A stretch of 64,000 bases of DNA, taken from positions 2,144,001-2,208,000 of the forward strand of contig CBDBDQ010000005.1 of NCBI GenBank assembly GCA_965203905.1. The letters are read 5' to 3'. The DNA is from Spirochaetia bacterium (lineage in GTDB: Bacteria; Spirochaetota; Spirochaetia; SZUA-6; Bin103). Position numbers and translations under genes: made by a program. The notes beneath the pieces were generated by a model. That model was not told the DNA's origin. It made no database searches and was given only the letters and a program-made list of their open reading frames with translations. This document shows, in pieces, positions 28,771-37,691 of this stretch; position 1 is the stretch's first letter; every line of letters starts with the position of its first letter.

Positions 28771-30064
28771 AATTGAGTGGATTGACTCCGAGGGGATCAG
28801 GGGGCCGGAATTGTCTGCCACGTGGGCATCAGTACGTATTCTGGCAGGCGACTCGGCCATTACCTGGATCCATGACGCGCGGGCACAGACGACACGTGAG
28901 CATGTTTTCGTGCCGCTCTATCCGCTTGCCGAATGGCTGGCGACCAATTGGTGGTTCCTCCACCATGAGGGCAGAAACCCGCTCAAGGAAGAAGATCCGC
29001 AGTTTCTCCGCCGCCACACCGTTGCCGCCGGCCGAGAGGGATATGCGTATCCCAATCTGACGATGCTCTCTTCAGGTAGTTGGACGCATCTGACATGGAA
29101 GCGTGAACGAACTCCATGGAGCGGGATCGAATTCCTTGCTGAAGGGGAGACGCGCGTCGAGAGTGAGCGGTTTCGTGGATGGTGCGCCGATCTCATCGAC
29201 CAGGTGGTGCGACGGCTCGATGCGCTAAGCGTCGAAGGAACCCTTCTGCAAGAAGAGTGGTCTGCAATCCAAGCGGCCGATAGCGATGAGTTTGCCTTCT
29301 GCTCGACCGCGGCGCAACTCGGTTGGGATCCCTATGCGGTAGACGAATCTCGGCAAACCTTGGTTGTCAGGCTGGCTGAGCAGTTGCAGGAAGCGGTCTT
29401 TGATGAAGCGGTGTCAGCCCTTGATCCGAAGTTGTTGCAGGAAGGTTGCACGGCCATTACCGATGCGATTGCCGACTCCAGGTTACATGGTATTCTTCTC
29501 GAAAGGTTCCATCGGAAGCATGAGGATATCCCTTTCGAAGACCCTGCGATGAACGGCTATCCCTGGGACGTGGGCTACCGCTGGGCACAGGCGTTGCGCC
29601 GCAAGCTGGAGTTGGATGGCACCCCGATTCCCACGCTCAAGGCGCTCGTGGAGAGTATCGGCGAAGCCCCGACGGTTTTCGAGACCAAGCTGCCTATCGA
29701 GAGCCTGCAGCGAGCGACATTGATCGATGGGGTAATCACGCGAACCGATCAACAACAACCGGCCCTGGGCTTCCGTCACCTGGAAGAACCGGCTGCGCAG
29801 TTCCACCTGTGTCGCGCCCTGGCTGAGGTGCTGACATCGCCTAGCACGGATACGTTGCTTACTCGGGCTCACTCCGAGCGGCAACAGAGGAATCGTGCCT
29901 TCGCCGCCGAGTTCCTGGCTCCTTCGACTGGTTTGCAGCAACGGCTGAAAGGTCGTCGTGTCGTGGATGGCGACGACATTGATGAACTTGCCGGTACCTT
30001 CGGCGTCTCTTCTCTCGTTGTAGAACATCAAATCCGCAACCATCAATTGGCGAAGATCATCTAA
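28751..30064 (+). CDS. ImmA/IrrE (DUF955)-like protein with degenerate metalloprotease motif
   Basis: QFHLCRALAE replaces RFTxAHELGH; QRNRAFAAEFLAP; LAGTFGVS...HQI.N C-terminus. Confidence 0.7.
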   Translation: MAQLRSEIEWIDSEGIRGPELSATWASVRILAGDSAITWIHDARAQTTREHVFVPLYPLAEWLATNWWFLHHEGRNPLKEEDPQFLRRHTVAAGREGYAYPNLTMLSSGSWTHLTWKRERTPWSGIEFLAEGETRVESERFRGWCADLIDQVVRRLDALSVEGTLLQEEWSAIQAADSDEFAFCSTAAQLGWDPYAVDESRQTLVVRLAEQLQEAVFDEAVSALDPKLLQEGCTAITDAIADSRLHGILLERFHRKHEDIPFEDPAMNGYPWDVGYRWAQALRRKLELDGTPIPTLKALVESIGEAPTVFETKLPIESLQRATLIDGVITRTDQQQPALGFRHLEEPAAQFHLCRALAEVLTSPSTDTLLTRAHSERQQRNRAFAAEFLAPSTGLQQRLKGRRVVDGDDIDELAGTFGVSSLVVEHQIRNHQLAKII

Positions 30065-30152
30065 TGGATCTGCTGCAGATTAGGATCACATAACGCCCTC
30101 CGCCCAATGCCATGGCAACGGCCGGGCTGGCGGCGTACACTGGGCTACGGTT

Positions 30153-30572
30153 ATGGCATCCAAGGATCATCAGGTCGCGGTGCTCGGCGCCAGTCGCAAG
30201 CAGGAGCGCTATTCCAACCGGGCGGTGCGGGCGCTGAAGCAGCACGGCTACCGCGTGGTGCCGGTCAACCCGGCGCACGAGGAGGTGGAGGGGCTTGCGG
30301 CGGCTTCCAGCCTGGCCGAGGTGCGCGGGCCGCTGGACACGCTCACGGTCTACATCGGTCCGCGCCACATCGGGCCGCTCATCGACGACATCGTCGCGGC
30401 CCGTCCGCGGCGCGTGATCCTCAACCCGGGCACCGAGTCGACAGAGTTGGCGCGCACCCTGGACCGGCACGGCATCCCCTGGCTGGAAGCCTGCACGCTG
30501 GTGCTGCTTGCCACCGGCCAGTTCGAGTCGGCGCTGGCACCCGCCGCCGGCGCCCGGGAGGTGACGCCGTGA
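30153..30572 (+). CDS. CoA-binding protein (YccU-like)
   Basis: VAVLGAS, PVNP, ILNPG and ACTLV. Confidence 0.88.
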   Translation: MASKDHQVAVLGASRKQERYSNRAVRALKQHGYRVVPVNPAHEEVEGLAAASSLAEVRGPLDTLTVYIGPRHIGPLIDDIVAARPRRVILNPGTESTELARTLDRHGIPWLEACTLVLLATGQFESALAPAAGAREVTP

Positions 30573-32332
30573 GGGAGAGCGTATTTGCCAGCAGCAAGCA
30601 GGAAGCGCTCGGCGAGCGCGGCATGGTGGCGACCAAGCACCGGCTTGCCAGCGCCGCCGCGCTGGAGATGCTGCACGGCGGCGGCAACGTGATCGACGCC
30701 GCGGTGGCGGCGGCCTTCGCCGTGGGGGTGGTCGAGCCGGCGTCGAGCGGCATCGGCGGTGGCGGCTACCTGGTGTACCAGGTGGGGGAGCGCGGCGGGG
30801 TGTTCGGGTTCCCGATGCGGGCCCCGCTGGACGTCACACCGGACCTGTACCGCCTCACCGGCGCGCCCGCGGTCGGCGCCTTCGGCTGGCCGGGCGTGGA
30901 GGACGACGCCAACCTGGAGGGCCCCCGCTCCGTCGCCGTCCCCGGCGCCGTCGCGGGACTCACGGCCGCACACCGCGCCCTCGGACGGCTGCCACTGGAC
31001 GAGGTGGTGGCACCCGCCGTGGAGCTGGCGCGGAGCGGGTTCGCGCCGGAGTTCCACGACCTGATGGCGTTTGCCGGGCAGACAGGCAAGCTGACCCGCT
31101 ATCCGGAGCTGCGGAGCGTGTTCCTGCCCGGCGGCGAGCTGCCGGCCGGCATTCAGATTCCCGGTCCCGGCTACCTTCGCGGCGAACGGGTGTGGGCGGA
31201 ACCGGCCAAGATCCGCCAGCCCGACCTGGCCGACACCCTGGAGACGATCGGTATCGAGGGAGCGGACGGCTTCTACCGGGGCGGCGTCGCCAACCGCCTG
31301 GTGGATGCGGTGCAGGGCGCCGGCGGCAAGCTGAGCCACGCCGACCTGGAACGTTACCGGCCGTTCCACTGGCACGTCGGCGATTCCTCGGACGGCCCGC
31401 CGCTGGAGGTGCGCTACCGCAACCTGCGGGTGCGGGTGGCGCCGTTCGCCAGCGGCGGCATCACCAGCGCCATGACCCTGCAGTTGCTGGACCAGACCGA
31501 CCTGGCCGCCTGCGGTCACAACACCGCCGAGGCGCTGCACCGCTACATCTGCGCGGCACGCCTGGCCTACGCCGACCGCTTCGCCTTCCTGGCCGACCCG
31601 GAGAGCGCCGACGTACCCTGGCGCGGGCTCATCTCCCCGGCCTACGCGGCGCGCCGCTGGAGCACCGTGGGCCGCAAGGCTCCGCGCCGCGTCAAGCCCG
31701 GCGATCCGTGGCAGGAGGAGGGCCGGCACGCCCCGCGCCGCGCCCCCGGCAGCGCCCCCGCCTACCAGGACGGGACCACCCACCTGTGCGCGATGGACGG
31801 CGCCGGCAACGCCGTGTCGCTGACCAACACGCTGATGGCTGGGTTCGGCTCGGGGGTACTGGCCGCCGGCACCGGCGTGATTCTCAACAACGGCATGATG
31901 TGGTTCGACCCGGTGCCGGGCCACGTCAACTCGATTGCGCCGCGCAAGCTGCCGCTCAACAACATGTCGCCGCTGCTGGTGCTCGACCAGCACGGCGCGC
32001 GCCTGGCGGTGGGCGCGTCCGGCGGACGCCGTATCACCAACTGCGTCACCAACCTGGTGGTGAAGATGCTCGACTTCGGGCTCGGCCCGCAGCAGGCGAT
32101 CGACGCGCCGCGGCTGGACTGCAGCACGCCGCTGACCGCCGTCGACGGACGCGTCCCGACCGCGGTGATCGAGGAGCTGCACGACCGCCGCCACCACGTG
32201 GCCGCGATCGATCCGCGCTATACCACAGAGGGCATGAGTCCGTTCGCCAGCCCGGTCGCCATCGCGCGCGACGGCGCCACCCTGCGCGGCGGCGCCGACA
32301 CCTTTCACAGCGCGCATGCCGGGGGCCTCTGA
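30569..32332 (+). CDS. Gamma-glutamyltransferase family protein
   Basis: GGNVIDAAVA, SGIGGGG, autocleavage GTTH, GFGSG, LNNGM and GASGG. Confidence 0.92.
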   Translation: MRESVFASSKQEALGERGMVATKHRLASAAALEMLHGGGNVIDAAVAAAFAVGVVEPASSGIGGGGYLVYQVGERGGVFGFPMRAPLDVTPDLYRLTGAPAVGAFGWPGVEDDANLEGPRSVAVPGAVAGLTAAHRALGRLPLDEVVAPAVELARSGFAPEFHDLMAFAGQTGKLTRYPELRSVFLPGGELPAGIQIPGPGYLRGERVWAEPAKIRQPDLADTLETIGIEGADGFYRGGVANRLVDAVQGAGGKLSHADLERYRPFHWHVGDSSDGPPLEVRYRNLRVRVAPFASGGITSAMTLQLLDQTDLAACGHNTAEALHRYICAARLAYADRFAFLADPESADVPWRGLISPAYAARRWSTVGRKAPRRVKPGDPWQEEGRHAPRRAPGSAPAYQDGTTHLCAMDGAGNAVSLTNTLMAGFGSGVLAAGTGVILNNGMMWFDPVPGHVNSIAPRKLPLNNMSPLLVLDQHGARLAVGASGGRRITNCVTNLVVKMLDFGLGPQQAIDAPRLDCSTPLTAVDGRVPTAVIEELHDRRHHVAAIDPRYTTEGMSPFASPVAIARDGATLRGGADTFHSAHAGGL

Positions 32333-32336
32333 GACG

Positions 32337-33878
32337 GTGGCAGGCCAGTCGATCACCCGCACCGAGGAGCAGATCGCGCAAGCCGCCGCGCTGCGGGCGC
32401 ACTTGGCCGGCGACCGCCACCGGCCCCGCTACCACTTCATGCCGTCGGCGGCGTGGATGAACGACCTCAACGGCACCCTGTACTGGCGCGGCCGCTATCA
32501 CATCTTCTACCAGTTCAACCCGCACGGCGCGTACTGGCACCGCATCCAGTGGGGACACGCCTCCAGCGTCGACCTGGTGCACTGGGTGCATCACCCGGTG
32601 GCGCTGGTGCCGGATCCGGCCGGGCCGGACCGCGTCGGCTGCTTCAGTGGCGGCGCCCTGGTCAGCAGGGAGGGGGTGCCGACCTTCATCTACTACGGCA
32701 ACCCGGACGGCATCTGCCTGGCCTCCAGCGACGACGACCTGCTGCTCCGCTGGACCCGGCATCCCGACAACCCGGTGATCCCGCAGCCGCGCGAGGGGGA
32801 TGCCGATTTCGGCCGCTACGAGGTGCACGACCCCTGCGGCTGGCTGGCCGGCGACACCTACTACGCGGCGGTCAACCGGCGCCATCCGAACGGCGACGGC
32901 GACGCCGCGTTCCTGTTCAAGTCGCGGGACCTGCGCCGCTGGCAGTTCGTGGACCGCTTCTACCGGTCGCGGCGCGAGTGGACCGAGGCGGACGAGGATT
33001 GCGCGGTCCCGGATTTCTTTCCGCTGGGCGACCGCCACATGCTGTTGCTCTGCAGCCACCTGCAGGGCACCCAGTACTACCTCGGCGAGCTGCGCGGCGA
33101 ACGGTTCCATCCCGAGATCCACGGCCGCATGAGCTGGGAGGGAGGGCAGTTGGGCGGCGCGCGTACGCTGCTCGATGCCTCCGGGCGGCGCATCTTCTTC
33201 GACTGGGTACGCGAGATCCGCGGTGCGGAGCGGGAGCGAGCGGCCGGCTGGTCGGGGGTGATGACACTGCCGCGGACCCTGGGGCTGGCCGTCGACGGCA
33301 CCCTGACCATCGCGCCGGTGCCCGAGGTGGAGAAGCTGCGCTACCGCCACCGGTGCCGGCAGCAACTCGCGGTGGAGGACGGGGCCGAGCCGGTGGTGGC
33401 CGGGATCGCCGGCGACACCATGGAGCTGGCACTTGAGATCGAACCGCGGGCGGCGTCAGAGGTGGGCGTCGCGGTGCGCTGCGCTCCCGACGGCGCGGAG
33501 CAGACGCCGGTGGTGTACGACGCTCGCAGCGGGGTGATTCGGGTCGACTTGAGCCGCTCGTCGCTGGATCCTGAAATCGTCTATCACCGCTACCGGCCGA
33601 GCAGCAACGGGCAGGTACTGCTGGCCACGCTGCCGGAGAGCGAACGCACGGTTACCGCCCAGGAGGCGCCGTTCACCCTGGCCGCGGGTGAGCCCCTGGA
33701 GCTGCGCCTGTTCCTGGACCGCTCGCTGCTGGAGGTGTACGTCAACGGCCGCCAGTGCGTGACCCAGCGCATCTACCCGACGCGGGAAGATGCCACCGAG
33801 GTGCGGCTGCTGGCGCGCGGCGGGGCGGTGACGGTGCGCCGCCTCGATGCCTGGGACCTGGCACCGACTCACGTTTGA
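32337..33878 (+). CDS. Glycoside hydrolase family 32 protein (atypical catalytic motifs)
   Basis: WMNDLNG, WGHASS.DLVHW, FSGG, HDP and C-terminal DRSLLEVY. Confidence 0.88.
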   Translation: MAGQSITRTEEQIAQAAALRAHLAGDRHRPRYHFMPSAAWMNDLNGTLYWRGRYHIFYQFNPHGAYWHRIQWGHASSVDLVHWVHHPVALVPDPAGPDRVGCFSGGALVSREGVPTFIYYGNPDGICLASSDDDLLLRWTRHPDNPVIPQPREGDADFGRYEVHDPCGWLAGDTYYAAVNRRHPNGDGDAAFLFKSRDLRRWQFVDRFYRSRREWTEADEDCAVPDFFPLGDRHMLLLCSHLQGTQYYLGELRGERFHPEIHGRMSWEGGQLGGARTLLDASGRRIFFDWVREIRGAERERAAGWSGVMTLPRTLGLAVDGTLTIAPVPEVEKLRYRHRCRQQLAVEDGAEPVVAGIAGDTMELALEIEPRAASEVGVAVRCAPDGAEQTPVVYDARSGVIRVDLSRSSLDPEIVYHRYRPSSNGQVLLATLPESERTVTAQEAPFTLAAGEPLELRLFLDRSLLEVYVNGRQCVTQRIYPTREDATEVRLLARGGAVTVRRLDAWDLAPTHV

Positions 33879-33887
33879 GGAACGCAG

Positions 33888-34523
33888 ATGCAACTGTTGA
33901 TTACCGGACCGGCGGACGCCCGCCACACGCTCGTGCTGGCCCACGGCGCGGGGCAGCCGATGGACGGGGACGCCATGGAGCTGCTGGCCGGCGGCCTGGC
34001 GCAGGCCGGCGTCCGCGTCGTGCGCTTCGAGTTTCCGTACATGCAGCGGCGCCGCGCCACCGGCCGCGGCGGCGGGCCCGACCGCCAGGCGGTGCTGGAG
34101 GAGAGCTGGCGCGCGGTGATCGCGCGGGTGGCGAGCGACCACTGCGACTGCGCCGCGGGGCGGGTGGCGATCGGCGGCCGCTCGATGGGGGGCCGCATCG
34201 CCAGCCTGGTGGCGGACGAGTGCGGAGCGGGCGCCCTGGTGTGCTACGCCTACCCGTTCCATCCTCCCGGCCGCCCCGAAAAGCTCCGCACCGCCCACCT
34301 GGCAGAGCTGCGCACGCCCACCCTGATCCTGCAGGGCGAGCGCGACCCCTTCGGCAAACCGGAGGAGGTAGCCGGGTACCGCCTTTCGCCGGCGGTGACG
34401 GTGCACTGGATCGGCGACGGCGACCACGGCTTCAAGCCGCGCAAGCGCTCGGGCCGCACCCTGGAGCAGAACACCGCCGCGGCGGTCGCCCGCACCGTCA
34501 CCTTCCTCGGCGCCACGCCCTGA
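33888..34523 (+). CDS. Alpha/beta hydrolase
   Basis: LAHGAG, GGRSMGG, GERDPFG and GDH. Confidence 0.88.
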   Translation: MQLLITGPADARHTLVLAHGAGQPMDGDAMELLAGGLAQAGVRVVRFEFPYMQRRRATGRGGGPDRQAVLEESWRAVIARVASDHCDCAAGRVAIGGRSMGGRIASLVADECGAGALVCYAYPFHPPGRPEKLRTAHLAELRTPTLILQGERDPFGKPEEVAGYRLSPAVTVHWIGDGDHGFKPRKRSGRTLEQNTAAAVARTVTFLGATP

Positions 34524-34540
34524 GGAGTCGTCAAGGCATT

Positions 34541-34590
34541 ACTTGTCTAGTCGTGACTTGTCTTAGTACGACTTGATAAAATCGCATAGT
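34541..34590 (+). promoter_or_regulatory. Three 15-bp-phased direct repeats (ACTTG...) upstream of the ATPase gene
   Basis: ACTTG at 34541, 34556 and 34571: acttgtctagtcgtg / acttgtcttagtacg / acttgataaaatcgc. Confidence 0.5.
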
Positions 34591-34607
34591 CGCGATATCC
34601 TGCCGTT

Positions 34608-36008
34608 GTGGAGCAGTTTGTCGGGCGCGACGCCGAGCTGGGTCTGTTGCAAGGGGCCTTCAGGTCGCGCAGATCGGAGTTCATTCCGATCTACGGGCGG
34701 CGTCGGGTGGGCAAGAGCGAGCTGATTCTCAAGTTCATGGCGCGCAAGCGCGGCGTCTACTACCTGGGCCAGCAGTCGTCGACGGCGTTGCAGGTGCGGG
34801 AGTTTCTGGCCGAGGCCGCCCGCGCGCTCGGCATGCCATTGCTCGCGGAGTTGCGCGTAGCCGGCTGGCAGCAGGCGCTGCGCACCGTGACCGAGCAATG
34901 GGCCGGCGCCAGTCCGGGGACCAAGCTGGTGCTGGCCCTCGACGAGTTTCAGTGGATCGCCGCCGCCAGCCCGAGCCTGATCTCGGAGTTGCAGCACTGC
35001 TGGGACCGGTGGTGGCGCGATGCCGGCAACGTGATGCTCCTGGTGTGCGGTTCGTACCTGGGATTCATGGAACGGGAGGTGCTGGGTCGCAAGAGTCCGC
35101 TGTTCGGCCGGCGCACCGCACAGATCCATCTGCAACCGTTCGGCTACCGGGATGCGGCCCTCTTCCATCCGCGCTGGTCGCCGGCGGACCAGGCCCGGGC
35201 CTACTTCCTGGTCGGCGGCGTGCCGCAATACCTGCTGTGCCTGGACGACAGCCGTTCCATCGCCGCCAACATCCGGGGACAACTGCTTGCGGAGTTCGCG
35301 CCCCTGTTCCACGAACCTGCCTTTCTACTGCGCGAGGAGTTGCGGGAAATCGCCCCCTACCAAGCCGTTCTTCATGCCGTCGCCTCCGGCCACGGCGCCG
35401 CGCCGGCCATTGCCGCGGCCACCGGGCTGCCGGAGCGCAGCCTGCACTACTACCTCCAGCAGCTCACCGGTCTCGGCTACCTGCGGCGCCGCTATCCTCT
35501 CGAACGCCGGCGCCCGAATCCACGCCAGGTGCGCTTCGGAATCGACGATCCGCTGCTGCGGTTCTGGTTCCGCTTCGTGTTCCCCAACGTGAGCGTGATC
35601 CGTGGCGGCGGCCCGGCGCGTGCGTTTCGCGACCGCATCGCGCCGTCACTCGAAGCGTGGTTCGGGAGCTGTTTCGAACGGCTCTGTCGCGAGGCGTTGC
35701 CCTCCATCTACCAGAACGAAGGGGTTGGCGCCGGATTCGAGGTCGGCGAGTTCTGGAGCCGGACGACGCAGATCGACGTGGTAGGCATGCGCGACGACAA
35801 CTGGACCGACCTCGGCGAGTGCAAATGGGGCCCGGTGCGGTCGCCGCGCGCCTTGGAAACGGCACTGGAGCACAAGCTGCAGCAGTACCCCAACAGCCGC
35901 GGCGCAACTCTGGGCCGCCGCTACTTCACCCGCCGCAAGCCGGCAGCGAGGCGGGGAACGGACGGCTGGTATTCGCTTGAGGATCTGTATGCTCTGGCGC
36001 CCTCGTAG
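34608..36008 (+). CDS. ATP-binding protein (archaeal-type ATPase + wHTH + DUF234)
   Basis: FVGR..EL, YGRRRVGKS, LDEFQ, FWFRFV and IDVV...GECKW PD-(D/E)xK-like end. Confidence 0.9.
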   Translation: MEQFVGRDAELGLLQGAFRSRRSEFIPIYGRRRVGKSELILKFMARKRGVYYLGQQSSTALQVREFLAEAARALGMPLLAELRVAGWQQALRTVTEQWAGASPGTKLVLALDEFQWIAAASPSLISELQHCWDRWWRDAGNVMLLVCGSYLGFMEREVLGRKSPLFGRRTAQIHLQPFGYRDAALFHPRWSPADQARAYFLVGGVPQYLLCLDDSRSIAANIRGQLLAEFAPLFHEPAFLLREELREIAPYQAVLHAVASGHGAAPAIAAATGLPERSLHYYLQQLTGLGYLRRRYPLERRRPNPRQVRFGIDDPLLRFWFRFVFPNVSVIRGGGPARAFRDRIAPSLEAWFGSCFERLCREALPSIYQNEGVGAGFEVGEFWSRTTQIDVVGMRDDNWTDLGECKWGPVRSPRALETALEHKLQQYPNSRGATLGRRYFTRRKPAARRGTDGWYSLEDLYALAPS

Positions 36009-36179
36009 CTCTTACGTGACTTGGTGCGACTGCTTGGTGACAAGGTGCTTGTCGATCCTGCTGACGACCACCGCCACGACAAGCTGGAGGCCCTGCGGGT
36101 CCGGCTGGTGAACTGGAACGGTGGCTGAATCTGGACTAGTGCCCCGGCGGTGTCGCGTAGCGTTTCCGGCATCGCCGCT

Positions 36180-36275
36180 TACCGGAATTGGAACAAGCGG
36201 ACAAGTGAGATAAATTGCATAAGCCCAGGTTTGCAAGCCAATGTCGGTTGCTTCCAGAATACTACCTTTCCTTAG
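36180..36275 (-). mobile_element. IS1595-family transposase remnant
   Basis: KGSILEATDIGLQTWAYAIYL resembles the IS1595 N-terminal region; short fragment only. Confidence 0.5.
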
Positions 36276-36301
36276 TAATATATGATAGACTATTTCCATG
36301 A

Positions 36302-37155
36302 ATGATGAAGGTGCCGTTCGTGGTGAAGGTTCACCGATAGTTGCTTATGTATCTCTTTGGCGAAGCGACCGGAATAACGCAGAAGCCCCCGGAGTGTTTT
36401 GTGGCCATGTGGTTTGGTTCTGATCGTGAATCAAAAGATGCAATGGACCAGTTGTATGAGCTGGTAATAAAACCTGCTATCGAAGAACAAAAGCTGTCTC
36501 CTTATCAGGTCGGAAAGGATCGTGCAGCCGACAAACTTGACGACGAAATATTGGAGGCAATAGATAGATCTGTTTTGGTTGTTGTAGATTTAACCCACGA
36601 CCCTCAAACGGGTTTTCGAGGAAGTGTAATATTTGAGGCTGGATACGCATACAGGAAGAAGCCAGTCATTTGGATGTGTCGCGATGATCTTGCAGATTCA
36701 ACATCATTCGATATTAGACAGTTTCGTCAGATAAGATGGTAAGATGGAGCCCAAATAGACTAACCGAGGCAAAGAATGAGCTGGCCGCCGAAATTGGGAA
36801 ACGTCTCCTTGAGTATCGGAGAAACAAAGCAGATCATGAAATTGCGCGTTTAGCGACCGATAGTTGGAATACAATTCTAAAATGCGAAGATGTTCGGTCG
36901 CCGAAAAAGGGTGTCATTTTGGCGTACCAGTCACGGTTAGTGATTCTAGAAGGGTTCTGTGATGATTTGGAGACTCGTGTTAAGTACAAAGACATGGAAT
37001 TGTCTCAAAATGAAAAATATGAGCTAATGGAAATGATCCGTCAATTCAGACTTTTCATGATGTTGGTCAGAGGTGACGACCAGGTTTTTGGAACAATAGA
37101 GCAATTTGAGAAGCTCGTATATTCGAGATTGCGCACTGGCGGGTGGATTAGTTGA
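36302..37155 (+). pseudogene. Nucleoside 2-deoxyribosyltransferase/TIR-like domain protein, frameshifted
   Basis: CFVAMWF...IKPAI...I..S..VVVDLT...GSVIFEAGYA...FDIRQF; 8-bp duplication TAAGATGG (36732-36747) splits the ORFs; in-frame TAG at 36338. Confidence 0.75.
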
Positions 37156-37372
37156 GGCTTTCGACTCAGGCGTTTACCATCGCCGAAAAGCAAGAATCTA
37201 TTGATACTACTTTTGTCCGATCCTACTTCAAACATTTCACTGATTCTTGCCCACCCTAGAGTTTCTTTCCCACCGCAATGCCCTTCCGAGCCTTTGTAAA
37301 ACAAGGGTCATGGTTTTTTGAAGGGATTTTTTGCACTTAGAGATTTCGCCGGTTCGACGGTTCAGATTGTCT

Positions 37373-37410
37373 TTGACTTCGCCGCGCAGAGTTTTTATAT
37401 TTGGTACAAT
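37373..37410 (+). promoter_or_regulatory. Sigma70-like promoter
   Basis: TTGACT-17 nt-TATATT (37373-37401) and extended -10 TGGTACAAT (37402-37410). Confidence 0.5.
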
Positions 37411-37525
37411 GAACACAAAAACTTACGGTTTTATGCAGCCTCCCTATATACAGATTTTTCCGTTCATCTCGTTCATTTCAATGACGGGCACGTTTGTCGC
37501 GCTCCGTCAAAAAGGAGATGCGAAG

Positions 37526-37597
37526 ATGATTACAGAAATCACCCTGTTATTAGCAGTAGCTTGTCTGTTAATTATCGTGCGTAGACACGATTGGTAG
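37526..37597 (+). CDS. Small hydrophobic peptide MITEITLLLAVACLLIIVRRHDW
   Basis: AAAAGGAG RBS upstream; single TM-like helix with a basic tail. Confidence 0.4.
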   Translation: MITEITLLLAVACLLIIVRRHDW

Positions 37598-37691
37598 AAA
37601 TGACCTGTGCAAGGGAGGCGGGTTTTTCTTGTTCTACTACACTCTTGAGACGAGTTCTGTAGCTAGTGGCGGGCTTGGCGGCCATGCTCCC

